From: Octopus sinensis
Taxonomy: Eukaryota
Reading direction: 5' to 3'
DNA: 64,000 nucleotides
Assembly (NCBI RefSeq): GCF_006345805.1
Contig: NC_042997.1
Coordinates: 155,310,001-155,374,000 of the forward strand
Every line of letters begins with the position of its first letter. Position 1 is the first letter of the stretch. The position numbers and the translations under genes are program-made. Positions 50,906 to 64,000 of the stretch are shown piece by piece. The notes under the pieces are model-generated. The model saw only the letters and a program-made list of their open reading frames with translations. It had not been told where the DNA came from and ran no database searches.

Positions 50906-53769
50906 GTTCTTTTCTACACTAGGTACAAGGCCCAAAATTTTTGGTGAGGGGGCCAGTCGATTAGATCAACCCCAGTATGCAACTGGTACTTAATTTATCG
51001 ACCCCCAAAAAGATGAAAGGCAAAGTTGACCTTGGCGGAATATGAACTCAGAACGTAAAGACAAATGAAACACCGCTAAGCTTTTTGCCTGGTGTGCTAA
51101 CATTTCTGCCAGCTTGCTGCCTTGCTTCTGCTAAATCATCTTCATTGTTTAATGTCTGCTTACCATGCTAGCATGGGTTGGGTGATTTGACTGTGGTCTG
51201 GCAAACCAGATCACTGCACCAGACTCCAACCTGATCTGGCAGAGTTTCTACAGCTGGATGCCCTTCCTAACGCAAATATTAATAAAAAATATATATATTT
51301 ATAATATATATATATATATATTATATATATATATAATATATATATATATAATAAAAATATATATATATAGGCACAGGAGTGGCTGTGTGGTAAGTAGCTT
51401 GCTAACCAACCACATGGTTCCGGGTTCAGTCCCATTGCATGGCATCTTGGGCAAGTGTCTTTTGCTATAGCCCCGGGCCGACCAATGCCTTGTGAGTGGA
51501 TTTGGTAGACGGAAACTGAAAGAAGCCTGTCGTATATATGTATATATATATGTGTGTGTGTGTTTGTGTGTCTGTGTTTGTCCTCCTTGCATTGCTTGAC
51601 AACCGATGCTGGTGTGTTTACGTCCCTGTCACTTAGCGGTTCGGCAAAAGAGACCGATAGAATAAGTACTGGGTTTACAAAGAATAAGTCCCGGGGTCGA
51701 TTTGCTCGACTAAAGGCGGTGCTCCAGCATGGCCGCAGTCAAATGACTGAAACAAGTAAGAGAGTAAAGAGTATATATAAATATTAATAAAAAATATATA
51801 TATAGTTCAAATTTACAGAAAACAAAACATGAAGAGGAAGCAACAAGCTGGTGTATTAGTTTGATGCTAGGAAAGAAGAGAGAGAGAGAGAGGTATAGCT
51901 ATTTGAGTATGTGAGTGTGTCTCCCAGTCTTCATATTACGTGATGGTTGCAAATGAGTGTCAATGTCATACATTGTGGTGTCATACATTTCCAATATTCT
52001 GTGGAAACTTATTTAGCCATGGGGAAATATTTACCTTGCTTGGAAATACGTGAGGGTTGGTGACAAGAAGAACATTTGGCCATAGAAAATCTGCTTCAAT
52101 AAACTCCATCTAACCCATGCAAGCATGGAAATCTGGACATTGAAATAACAGTAGTGGTGGTGGTCCTTTTTAGCTAATGTCACACAAAATAAAGGGCAAA
52201 AACTCCTTTTGGTCATGAATGACCATAGGATTGCACCTAGAAAGTTCCCTCCGGGCAAGGTTGTTTATGGAAGACCAGCAGTCGCCTATGCATCCCGGCC
52301 TCCCCTCTCCATTACCACTGATGTTATCCAAGGCAAAGGCTAATATAACTTGGCTCTAGTGACATCACAACTCATTTCTACAGCTGAGTGAACTGGAGCA
52401 ACATGAAATAAAGTGTCTCGCTCAAGAACAAAATCACACAAAATACAGCCTTTGTACTTCCTAGTATACACTATCAGCCATGTGAAGATCATGTACTTAT
52501 TTCATAGCATCCACTTAAATTTACTGTTTTCTGTATTACAGGTGCATGGTTATATCACATCTCTCTCCATCTTTTTAAAACATTATTTGCATAGAAAATT
52601 TTCTAGAGAAATTTATATTGTTTTATTTAACATTACCTCACTAGCATTTACCATTATATTATTTTTTTATGAGTGACTATTACTAATTTCATTTGTACAA
52701 CATATCTGAGAGATAATAGGTGGCTCCAGTTATCTCCCCTACAATGCTTGCTTGTGTGCGTGCTTGTCTGTAATTTGATACAGCCAAACCGGTGCATAAT
52801 GGGAAAATATTCTGAAAGTAAGGTACCCCTGAAATGTGAATACAAATGGAATAAAACAAGTTTTGTGTAAATCAAATCATGGATTTCTGAGATAGGCAGT
52901 TTTTTGTGGGTGCCTTCATAAATAGCCAAAACAGCGCATAAGGGGAAAATACTCTGAAAGTAACGTAATTCTAAAATGGGAATATATAATATTGTGCAAA
53001 TTGTTTCCATTAATTTTTATGTTTATATTATATAACAATTCCTTTTGCATTTTTGTAGAAGTGTGCACATATGCCATAAATAAATGCTGTTACTGGAGTT
53101 CAAGTTTATCCCCAGAAATTCTATGTCTATTACATGCTGTAAATAATCAATAAAACCTTTTACATGAGCTTGTAAACCAGACCTATGATGACATGAATGA
53201 ACTGAAATATTTAACTGAATCATCATAAAATTAACTTTCATTTCAATGCAATGCTGAAACCAGCTTCAATATTTTATAACCTGAACTGTCAGCGACCTAT
53301 TGGGTCATGGGTAGTCTAGTCGATCATTATTTTCAAGTAGAATTCAGTTCTTTATATCCTGGTGTGTAATTCTAGGATTGCCTTAGGTCATTTATCAACA
53401 ACTTTGCATACATTTAAATATTTGCTGACTCTTCTCCCTACAATTTTATCTTCTATCTTTGACTTGTTTCAGTCATGGGAGTGTGGTCATACTGGGGCTT
53501 TCATTGAAGGATTTAATTGAACAGATTGACCACTAGTATTTATTTTTGAGTCTGGTACATATTCTATTGGTCCCGTTTGCCAATCTTCTAAGTTACAGGG
53601 ACATAAATTAAACAAACCAACACCAGTTGTCAAGCAGTGTAGGGGACAAACACAAAGACACACACCCTTTCTCCATAAATATAAATAAGTGTGTGTGTGT
53701 GAGAGAGAGAGAGAGAGTGTATCTGTGTGTCTGTGTAGGAATATATAATAGCGATTATTTATACCTTGT

Positions 53770-54350
53770 CTGATATATATATATGTATATATATATATAT
53801 ATGTATGTATATATATATATGTATGTATATATATATATATGTATGTATGTATATATTATATGTATGTATGTATGTATATATATATATATATGTATGTATG
53901 TATATATATATATGTATGTATATATATATGTATGTATGTATATATATATGTATGTATGTATGTATATATATATATGTATGTATATATATATGTATGTATG
54001 TATATATGTATGTATGTATGTATGTAATATATATATGTATGTATGTATGATATATATATGTATGTATGTATGTATATATATTGTATGTATGTATGTATAT
54101 ATATATATATGTATGTATATATATATATGTATGTATATATATATATATATGTATGTATATATATATATGTATGTATATGTATGTATATATATATATGTAT
54201 GTATATATATATATATGTATGTATATATATATATATATGTATGTATATATATATATATGTATGTATATATATATATATGTATGTATATGTATGTATATAT
54301 ATATATGTATGTATATATATATATAGATATATGATGTATATATATATAGA

Positions 54351-54389
<39 letters not shown>

Positions 54390-54461
54390 ATATATATATG
54401 TATGTATATATATATATGTATGTATATATATATATGTATGTATATATATATATGTATGTAG

Positions 54462-54521
<60 letters not shown>

Positions 54522-54544
54522 TGTATATATATATATATATGTTG

Positions 54545-54575
<31 letters not shown>

Positions 54576-54821
54576 TATATATATATATGTATGTATGTAT
54601 ATATATATTATATATGTATGTATGTATATATATATATATAGTATGTATGTATATATATATATATATGTATGTAATATATATATATATATATATATGTATT
54701 ATATATATATATATATAGATATATATATATATATATATGTATGTATATATATATATATATATATGTAGTATATATATATATATATATATGTATGTATATA
54801 TATATATATATATATGTATGG

Positions 54822-54852
<31 letters not shown>

Positions 54853-54874
54853 ATATATATATATATTATGTATG

Positions 54875-54907
<33 letters not shown>

Positions 54908-54931
54908 ATATATTATATATATGTATGTATG

Positions 54932-54992
<61 letters not shown>

Positions 54993-55055
54993 ATATATAT
55001 ATATATGTATGTATATATATATATATATATAGTATATATATAATATATATGTATG

Positions 55056-55123
<68 letters not shown>

Positions 55124-55262
55124 TAGTATGTATATATATATATATATATATGTATGTATATATATAATATATATATGTATGTATTGTATATATATATATA
55201 TATATATGTATGTATATATATATATATATATTATGTATGTATATATATAATATATATGTATG

Positions 55263-55327
<65 letters not shown>

Positions 55328-55649
55328 ATCTATATATATATGTATGTATATATATATATATATGTATGTATGTATGTATATATATATATGTATGTATGTA
55401 TTATATATATATATATATGTATGTATGTATATATATATATATTATGTATGTATGTATATATATATATATATGTATGTATGTATATTATATTATATGTATG
55501 TATATATATATATATGTATGTATGTATATATATATATATGTATGTATGTGTATATATATATATATATGTATGTATGTATATATATATATATGTATGTATG
55601 TATATATATATATATATGTATGTATGTATATATATATAATGTATGTATG

Positions 55650-55742
<93 letters not shown>

Positions 55743-55767
55743 ATATATATATATGTATGTATGTATG

Positions 55768-55800
<33 letters not shown>

Positions 55801-55830
55801 ATATATATATATATGTATGTATGTATATAT
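53770..55830. repeat. ~2 kb compound (TA)n/(TATG)n microsatellite
   Basis: Directly visible in the sequence. Confidence 0.98.
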
Positions 55831-56260
55831 AAAACGGGCTTCCACACAGTTTCCATCTACCAAATTCACAAAGCTTTGGTCAACCTAGGGCTATAGTTGA
55901 AGACACTCGTGCAAGGTGCCATGCAGTGTGATTGAACTGAAAATCATGTGGTTGCAAAATGAGCTTCTTAACTGCATAGCCATGCCAAATAACATTTTTT
56001 TAAAACAAGAATACAATGTGGAAGTGATCACATGACCCAGTCTATTGAACAGATATATTTGGGAAAGCAGCAGTTATCTGAGTGGTTATTTTGTATAGTT
56101 CTTTTATGTTGGTCAAGTGTGCTCTGTTTGGTCTTGTGGTATGATGTCAGTATAGTTTTACAAATTAATCATATCTATGAATGAATGAGAAAAGGATGTA
56201 TTATGACTCTGTATCAGATTTAGAACAGTGCTTTGTGAGTGTGTGTGGAAGTCTTCTGTA

Positions 56261-56730
56261 TACACAAGAGGCTTTCCAGAAGATTTTAGACATTTTAAGG
56301 AGGGACATTTATTAATTTCAAAGTACAAAACTCTAATCTTCTTCAACATTCCAACCACATTGTGAAGGTCCCATGGAAGACCTCCAAAGTGAAGGTACAC
56401 AGGACCCTTGTCACAGCCTCCTTCATTTTCTCAGTGTTTTCAAAATGGCTGTTACTGTGGTTCTTTTCCATTTTGAGGAGCAACCAAAAGTCACAGGGAG
56501 CAAGATCTGGACTGTAGGGAGGTTGAGGAACAGTTTTGGTGCCACCTCTGTCAAGTAGTTGGTTTCCACAAGGGAATTGTTGACTCATGCACTGTTCTGA
56601 TGCATGTGCCATTGACCCGAGTGGGAAAGCTTTAGACTTTTCTGATGAAATCTCTTCCTTAACTCCCTCAAAACCTTTACATTGTACTCTTTGTAGACTG
56701 TCTAGCCAGAGGGAACCCAGTGGATGCAAA
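56261..56730 (-). mobile_element. mariner (DD34D-type) transposase 3' remnant
   Basis: QPPYSPDLAPCDFWL...F...EKMKEAV...F..W, followed by a degenerate terminal region next to TA. Confidence 0.8.
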
Positions 56731-56899
56731 TGATGCCCTTGCTGTCACAAAAGAAGGGTTATCATGAGTGTCCCAGTGGATTTCCTTTGCCTGTCCTCTT
56801 GTGCCAACAAAAAACAGATTGTTGGTTCATACAAGTTAATCCATAAGCAGTTTGGAGTATTTTTTATGTTTCTGTAGCATTTTTGCCTAGTTTAACACA

Positions 56900-59085
56900 A
56901 GACTATTGCATAGTGAACTTCCAAATTGTTTTCACATCCTGACTGCATTTTGCAAACTAGTCAGCTGTGACAAGCAGTGCTTAGCAGAGTGTGTTAAAAG
57001 TGCAGTTACAGCCAGGAACCTTGAGGTGACTCCGATCATGCTAGGATCATTTCCAATCTGTTTTTTTTTTATAGGCAGAAACAAGAAGCATCAGCACCTC
57101 CAAACTGCCTGCTTTGACTTGAACAAAGCAGACTGGAATTATTATGTGCTGAGTTACAATTCTAGAGATGTCAATACTGCACTTCAGAACATCTTCAGTT
57201 CAATCTGGGCTGCATGTGAAGCTATCAGTACCACACAAATGTTTTAAAAATCCCAAAAGTGTAATTTGGGAGACTGCCGCAGTTTGATTTGCCAGGAAAT
57301 AACATCATGACACTGAACAAAAATATAAACTACATAAAACAGAGGAGAATAGAAGAAGGTGCAATAGATCATCCAACCATCTCAAGCAAGAGACAAAAAA
57401 GGCAATGCTTGAATTTGAGCAATGTATAGCAACCAGGTCTGACAGCAAAATGTTCAGGAAATATGTAAATTCAAAGCAGAGACCTCATTGTCCAGTTAGC
57501 CTTCTTTGCAATCCCCACACAGGTCAGGTTACTAATGATCCCAAAGAATGCACAAAACTTATTGCTGAATGCTATGTTGGCATTTTTACAGTTGAAAATC
57601 CAAATGTGCCATCTTCACCACCTCTGACATTAAATTCTATAACATCTCTGAAATTTACACCTCCAATGCTGTGTAAGCACAACTATGCCTCTCTTGGTCT
57701 TGATGGTGTTTCTTTTCTACTTCTCATATGTAGCAGGTTCTTTCTTTTGCACCAGATTTCATCCTTCTTCCAAATCTGCCTTAATAACTGTGTCACTCCA
57801 GAGCAGTGGAAAATTGTCAGTGTCATTCGCCCTGTTCAAAAAGGGTGATCACACATCACCTATCAACTACTGTCCAGTAAGTTTTACTAACTGCATTGCC
57901 AAACTGATGGAACCCCGTTCTAGAGAAACACTCTGGAACTTCTGGAGCTCTCATAGCCTTATTCAACCCTCACAGTTTGGATCTATCCCTAACTCCAGCT
58001 GCTGAAGCCAACCCATTGAGTTTCTTGAGGACATCACTTGAATCACTGATGGTGGCTCATGGGTGGATGTTATCTATCTTGACTTTGCTAAAGCTTTCAA
58101 TTCTATACTACACAAATGACTTATAGCAAAGCTCTTTGCAGTGGGTGTGAAAGATGATTCTATAGCTGGTTGAATCCTTTATTTTCAGTCAAAAACAGGT
58201 AATCCTGTTTCTAGAACATCATTCTTCACCCTATGAGATGACATTTGGTATACCACAGGGATCTGTTCTTGGATCCCTGTTGATTGTTGCATTTATTAAG
58301 GATGCAGATGCCAACTTGAATGTTATAGTGTTGAAATATGCAGATGACATCAAGTTGTAACTTGATATAAAACAAACAGATCCTATATGCTACAGATCTT
58401 TCCTGCATTCAGACCTGGACACAATGCAGCAATGGATTACTGACTAGTAACTCAAGCAAGCTGTGGACAAGTGCATCAACATGCATTTTGGGAGGAAAAA
58501 CCCAGCTTTTACATATTCACTCTACAAAATCTGTTAGTGAACATGACCTGAGTATTATTGTCAACAGCCATCTTCTTGGACAAACCACATATCTAAAATT
58601 GTCAAGAAGGCTGAGGTGGGTCTTAGCATCACTCAATAAGACCTTTGTTGACTGCTTTCCAGCCATCTATTTAAATCTTTATATGACTATGGTGTGTCCA
58701 CACTTAGAGCTTGCATCACAAGCTTGGAATCCCTATCTTTCTTGGCATATCAATCTCCTGGAAACTGTTCAGAAACATGCACCCAGACAGATACCTACCA
58801 TCAAGCAACTACCATACTCTAAACATCTTGCTTTCCTAGGCATGAACACATCTGGCAACTGACCTGGTAGATACCCATAAGATTAGCCACCATTTTTCTT
58901 GAGCACTTTTTTGAATTCTATATGTCTAACATTTATGGACATGCTTGCATGCTCAAAAACCCATGACTTTCAGAAGCATTTTTTCACACTTAGAATTCCT
59001 GAAGCATGGAATAAACTATTTGTGTCAGTTAGTAGCTGACACAAAACTTTATAGTTTCCTGAAATTCACCAGCCTGGCAACCCCC

Positions 59086-59117
<32 letters not shown>

Positions 59118-59192
59118 CTCTTTCTCTCTTTCTCTCTTTCTCTCTCTTTCTCTCTTTCTTTCTCTCTTTCTTTCTCTCTTTCTTTCTCTCTT

Positions 59193-59242
<50 letters not shown>

Positions 59243-59277
59243 CTCTTTCTTTCTTTCTTTCTTTTTCTTTCTTTTTT

Positions 59278-59314
<37 letters not shown>

Positions 59315-59315
59315 T

Positions 59316-59366
<51 letters not shown>

Positions 59367-59616
59367 TTCTTTCTTTCTTTTTCTCTCTCTCTCTCTCTTT
59401 CTTTCTTTTCTTTCTTTTCTTTCCTTCTTTCCTTCCTTCTTTATTTCTTTCCTTCTTTCCTTCTTTCTTTCTTTCTTTCTTTCTTTATTTTATTTGCTGA
59501 AGATTCATTCACTGTTGACTTCCTGTGCATATTCTATGTACTGTTCATACAGTATTGGTTAGTTTTTCTGAGGATTTGTAGTGCATCTGAACACTGTATA
59601 CAATTAGCTCGTTATT
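56900..59616 (+). mobile_element. Older, decayed CR1-clade LINE copy; its 3'UTR is split by a CT microsatellite and ends at the assembly gap
   Basis: Collinear with 19609-21717 with many stops and indels; extends further 5' (FDLNKADW linker). Confidence 0.9.
59088..59490. repeat. Polypyrimidine (CT)n/(CTTT)n microsatellite
   Basis: Directly visible in the sequence. Confidence 0.95.
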
Positions 59617-59716
59617 NNNNNNNNNNNNNNNNNNNNNNNNNNNNNNNNNNNNNNNNNNNNNNNNNNNNNNNNNNNNNNNNNNNNNNNNNNNNNNNNNNNN
59701 NNNNNNNNNNNNNNNN
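59617..59716. other. Assembly gap (100 N)
   Basis: Run of N; the round length suggests an unknown-size scaffold gap. Confidence 0.98.
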
Positions 59717-60886
59717 GGAGTATTAAGACGCTGGGTTTTTCCTCCCAAAATGCATGGTGGTACATTTGTCAAGTATGTTTGTGCCTAATTTTACTTTCTT
59801 TACTATGTCCTCTGTGTCTGCTGTGAAGGATAAAGTACTGTTACATGTAACTTTTGACATTTTTGTCTTCTGCATGTGTTTAGTTTGTTTATGTTGCTGA
59901 GTATAAGGATTGGTTATGTTTGATATATGTGGTTATATCAAATTTAATATTTGGCATTGCTGGTAAGAAGGAAAATGGTAGATGTTCTAGATACTGTTTT
60001 CAGTCTGTTTGTGTGGAGCTATGTTTCTAAGTGGCTAATTGCAATACTGTTTGTATATGAGGATATTTATATATTTTATTCTTTTACTTGTTTCAGTTAT
60101 TTGACTGTGGCCATGCTGGAGCACCACCTTTAGTCAAGCAAATCGATCGCAGGACTTGTTCTTTGTAAGCCTAGTACTTATTCTATCGGTTTCTTTTGCT
60201 GAACTGCTAAGTTACGGGGATGTAAATACACCAGCATCAGTTGTGAAGTGATGTTGGGGGAAAAAACACAGACACACAAACATATACACACACATACATA
60301 CATATATATATACATATATACAACAGGCTTCTTTCAGTTTCCGTCTACCAAATCCACTCACAAGGCTTTGGTCGGCCCAAGGCTATAGCAGAAGACACTT
60401 GCCCAAGGTGCCACACAGTGGGACTGAACCCAGAACCATGTGGTTGGTAAGCAAGCTACTTACCACACAGCTACTCCAGAAGTAAAGGAGACTGTGTACA
60501 TCATCAACGTCTTCATCACTATCATCACTGTATGTCTGCTTTGCCATGCTGGCAAGGGTCGAAGAGATCGCTATGGATCTAGTCAGTGCATCCTCAGAGG
60601 GAGTTATTGCACACTCCCAGACAAGTCTAGGACAATGTCGTGCACTTATTTTTTTTTAGGTTATATTTTCTACAGTTGGATGCATTTCCTATCACCAACC
60701 ACTTTACTGAGTGTACCAGATGCCTGTTATCGGGGCATCAGCACTATGGAGATTGTCTTGATCCTATAACATCTTGTCTATCGTGCATTGATTCTATTTA
60801 TTCATTAGCACTAGAGGATTGTGATGAAAGAGTGATGAAAAAGATGAAAGAGTGATGAAAGAGAATAAAAGGGTGATACAATAGGA

Positions 60887-61051
60887 CAGTGGTTCCCAAC
60901 CTTTTCACTACCAAGGACCCCTTTTATTTAAATGAGTTTTCCCATAGACCCCAGGATATTGAAAGGTCTGTCAGCTTAACATGTTCATGGACCCCCAATA
61001 CTACCTTTGTGGACCACCAGGGGTCCTCGGACCACAAGTTGTGAACCACTG
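60887..61051. mobile_element. hAT (MER5-like) MITE, 165 bp, with 8-bp TSD
   Basis: CAATAGGA|CAGTGGTTCCCAAC ... GTTGTGAACCACTG|CAATAAGA. Confidence 0.8.
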
Positions 61052-62302
61052 CAATAAGAAGTAAAAGAAGAGAAAGAGAGTGATAGGAACAAGACAATAA
61101 TAAAAGAAAGTGGGTGGAGGGGAAGAAAGAGAAAAGACAGAGGTGAGGAGAAAAAGAGAGAGAGAGAGGATGGAGGTAAGGAGAGAGAGAAAGAGAGACA
61201 GTGAAAGTAAAGATGTATGATGGTAACAGATTGGAAGTGATAAAAAAGGAGAGTAATAGGCATGAAAGAAAGTAATGGCTAGCAATAAAGGAATCACGGT
61301 GAGTTGGTATTGAATTCAAAAATTCAGTGCTGTCCTTCATTACACAGGCAGTATGATGAGAGAGGGGTATATTAACAGGAGAGGGTGTGACTGATAGACA
61401 AGCAAAACAGAGAGGGAGAGCAATGTATAGAAATTTAATATGAACATGATGGTTAAGAGAGTTCTGAATCTAGATATTCTTTTCTCCTCTAGACACAAGG
61501 TCAGTCGATTAGACTGACCCCAACACACAACTGGTACTTAATTTATTGACCCCGAAAGGATGAAAGCCAAAGTTGACCTCAGCAGAATGTGAACTTAGAA
61601 CGTAAAGACAGACGAAATACCACTAAGCATTTCGCCTGGTGTGCTAACATTTCTGCCAGCTCGCTGCCTTGTTCTAAATCTAAATATAATACATTCTACT
61701 CTCCATAAACACCACCATCTTCATTTTTACATCTGTTTTCCATGCATGCATTGGTTGGGTTGTGTCATTTCTGACATGGCTCTTCACAACAGATAAGTGA
61801 ACAGGTCTCTGTGGTACACAATTTGGGAAATTTCAGAGTCTAGATGCATTGCTATTGAAAGTAGGCTTGGTGCGATAAGAGGTTGTTGGATAGTCAATGG
61901 TTTGTGTTCTTAAGGAGGTTTTAAGTGCTTTGTTTTTAATAGGGAACCTTCATATAATCACTTGACCAGCTGTTATAAAGAAACCAATTCTCCCTTTAAG
62001 CCAGACCCTTTTGTTTTAAAAAAAAATGGAGGATATACTAGATAAATATATTTTGCATATATTATGCCAGGAAAAATACATAGTTGGAATATTAGTTACA
62101 AGATGGAAAAAAAAACTAAAATACAGTATAATTTAATGTTTAAGTTACTTATAATTCAGGCAATGCCAGCTATTTTCTTGCTGGTATCATCACACACACA
62201 CATGCATGTGCAGGCACACATACACACACACATGCATACACACATGCAGGTGCAGGCACACACACATGTATGCACACGCATGCATGCATGCGCACAAACA
62301 CA

Positions 62303-62338
<36 letters not shown>

Positions 62339-64000
62339 GTGTCTCTTTCTCTTTCTGTCTACTGAATCCATTTACATGGCTTTGGTCAGCTTGGAGCTAT
62401 ACTAGAAGACATCGATGCCCCTGAATGTGATTGATGCCAGGACCGCCTGACTGGCCCCCATGCCGGTGGTATGTAAAAAGCACTATCCAAATCTAACCGA
62501 TGCCAGTACCACCTGACTGGCTCTCGTGCTAGTAGCACGTAAAAAGTACTTTATGAACGTGATCGATGCCAGGCTTGCATGACTGGCACCTGTGCTGTTG
62601 GCACATAAAAGGCATCCACTACACTCTTGAAGTGGTTGGTGTTAGGAAGGGCATCCAGCTGTAGAAACATTACCAGATCAGATTGGAGCCTGGTGCAGCC
62701 ACTGGCTCTCCAGACCACAGTCAAACCGTCTAACCCATGCCAGCATGGAAAGTGGACATTAAACGATAATGATGATGATGATGATGATGATGAAGGTGCA
62801 GTAAAGTGGGACTGAACCTGAAGCAACGCAGTTGGAAAGCAAGCTTCTTAACCATATTGCCATGCCTGTACCTTGTTATGTAAATAATGTTTTATCTTCC
62901 ACCTTTGTGCATTAGCATGTATTAAAGAGGTTAGCGATATGGTATTCCCTTTTTATATTAATCGTCTATCATCTCATCTGTAAGGCTCAATCTTTTCATA
63001 CTTTCAGGACTTGCATAGTCTATCAGTACCAAAACATTCCATGTAAAATGCATTAGGATTTGGAAAAAAGGGTAGTAATGCTTGAATATTTATGCTACAT
63101 GTAAAACGCATGAGGATTTAGAAAGTGGGTAATGATGTTTGAATATTCATGCTACATGTTTGCACTATATACCATGTTGACTTGTATGCCAGAAAATGCA
63201 CCAGAAAATGCAGAACATTTTGCACTCAGTGTTCTTCATTTGAAGAACTTTTGTTGCTTACAGATACAGCAATGCTGTGAAGTATAATGTAAGCCATAAT
63301 GATGTCACTTGTTCTTTCATAGATAATAACTAGGATACACAGCTAGCTAGCTGGCTGACTGGCCGGCTCATTTAATTTATCTCTACTTGCACTGCTCAAA
63401 TACGCATTTTCATTGATAAAAACACTTTACATCAGATGTGACCCCATCAAATAAACTCTTTGGCTTGTGAAAAACACTTGAAAATCTGTTAACAATATTC
63501 CTTTGAATTCATTGTTATCTTTAGGCAACCACTCCAATCTGTCTCTACTTGTAACATATTTAATACATTGTTACCACTACTTGAGAAAGCTACTCTTTCT
63601 TCTCTTTAAAAAAAAAAAAAAATCGAGAGAGACAGGCTTAGGTTTGGTTTGCCTGTTATTTTAATTTTATTATTATCATATCTTGTGTAGAAATCTGACC
63701 TCAATATATATCATTTATTTCATCGACCTTGCTAACAGCAGCTGTAACAGCTTGTTACCACTACATTATTGGTATATTATCATACTTCACTTATACAAGC
63801 TTTCCTCTTTATCTGTTTCTATACTCTTTGGGTAGAATCTAATCCTGCAGCAAATATTCCTTGACCTCTGCTTTGGTTACACTCCACCATTATATCATTT
63901 TCATCATCATCATCATCATCATTTTCATCATCTCCATCATTCTTTTAATGTTTTATTTTTCCATGCTTGCATGGGACTACTTTGGGGGCAAAGTTTTCTA

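Noticed and set aside
53766-55896. Many long ORFs (up to 241 aa) rich in Y/I/M/V/C
   Set aside because: Translations of the (TA)n/(TATG)n microsatellite, which lacks stops in some frames.
58945-59562. 205-aa hydrophobic F/L/S ORF resembling a membrane protein
   Set aside because: Translation of the CT microsatellite inside a decayed CR1.
59717-59790. KMHGGTFV resembling PECR exon 4 (MKEHGGSIV)
   Set aside because: No recognisable acceptor, the flanking residues do not match, and it is next to the gap; probably chance.

Overview
AT-rich, repeat-dense eukaryotic (metazoan) genomic DNA. The SINE/LINE repertoire and the (TA)n/(CA)n load resemble Octopus/cephalopod DNA; this is recalled from memory, not searched. 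Two spliced host genes are arranged head-to-head. (1) A minus-strand C6orf89/BRAP-like type II membrane protein gene: six coding exons from 14163 down to 37, all with AG/GT boundaries and consistent phase, continuing past the left edge. (2) A plus-strand peroxisomal trans-2-enoyl-CoA reductase (PECR-like SDR) gene. Its first coding exon is present twice: an intact copy at 28469-28580 and a copy at 41296-41407 with an in-frame TGA right after the Rossmann TGGxxGIG motif. Single exons 2 and 3 follow at 44592-44725 and 45360-45525; exons 4 onward were not found. The rest is transposon-derived: CR1-clade, RTE-clade and R4/Dong-like LINE remnants, several tRNA-SINE families, seven non-autonomous Helitrons (mostly head-to-tail arrays), piggyBac, Tc1/mariner and hAT remnants and MITEs, long foldback inverted repeats, degenerate hammerhead-like motifs, a ~2 kb (TA)n/(TATG)n microsatellite and a 100-N assembly gap. 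Most ORFs in the supplied track are spurious.
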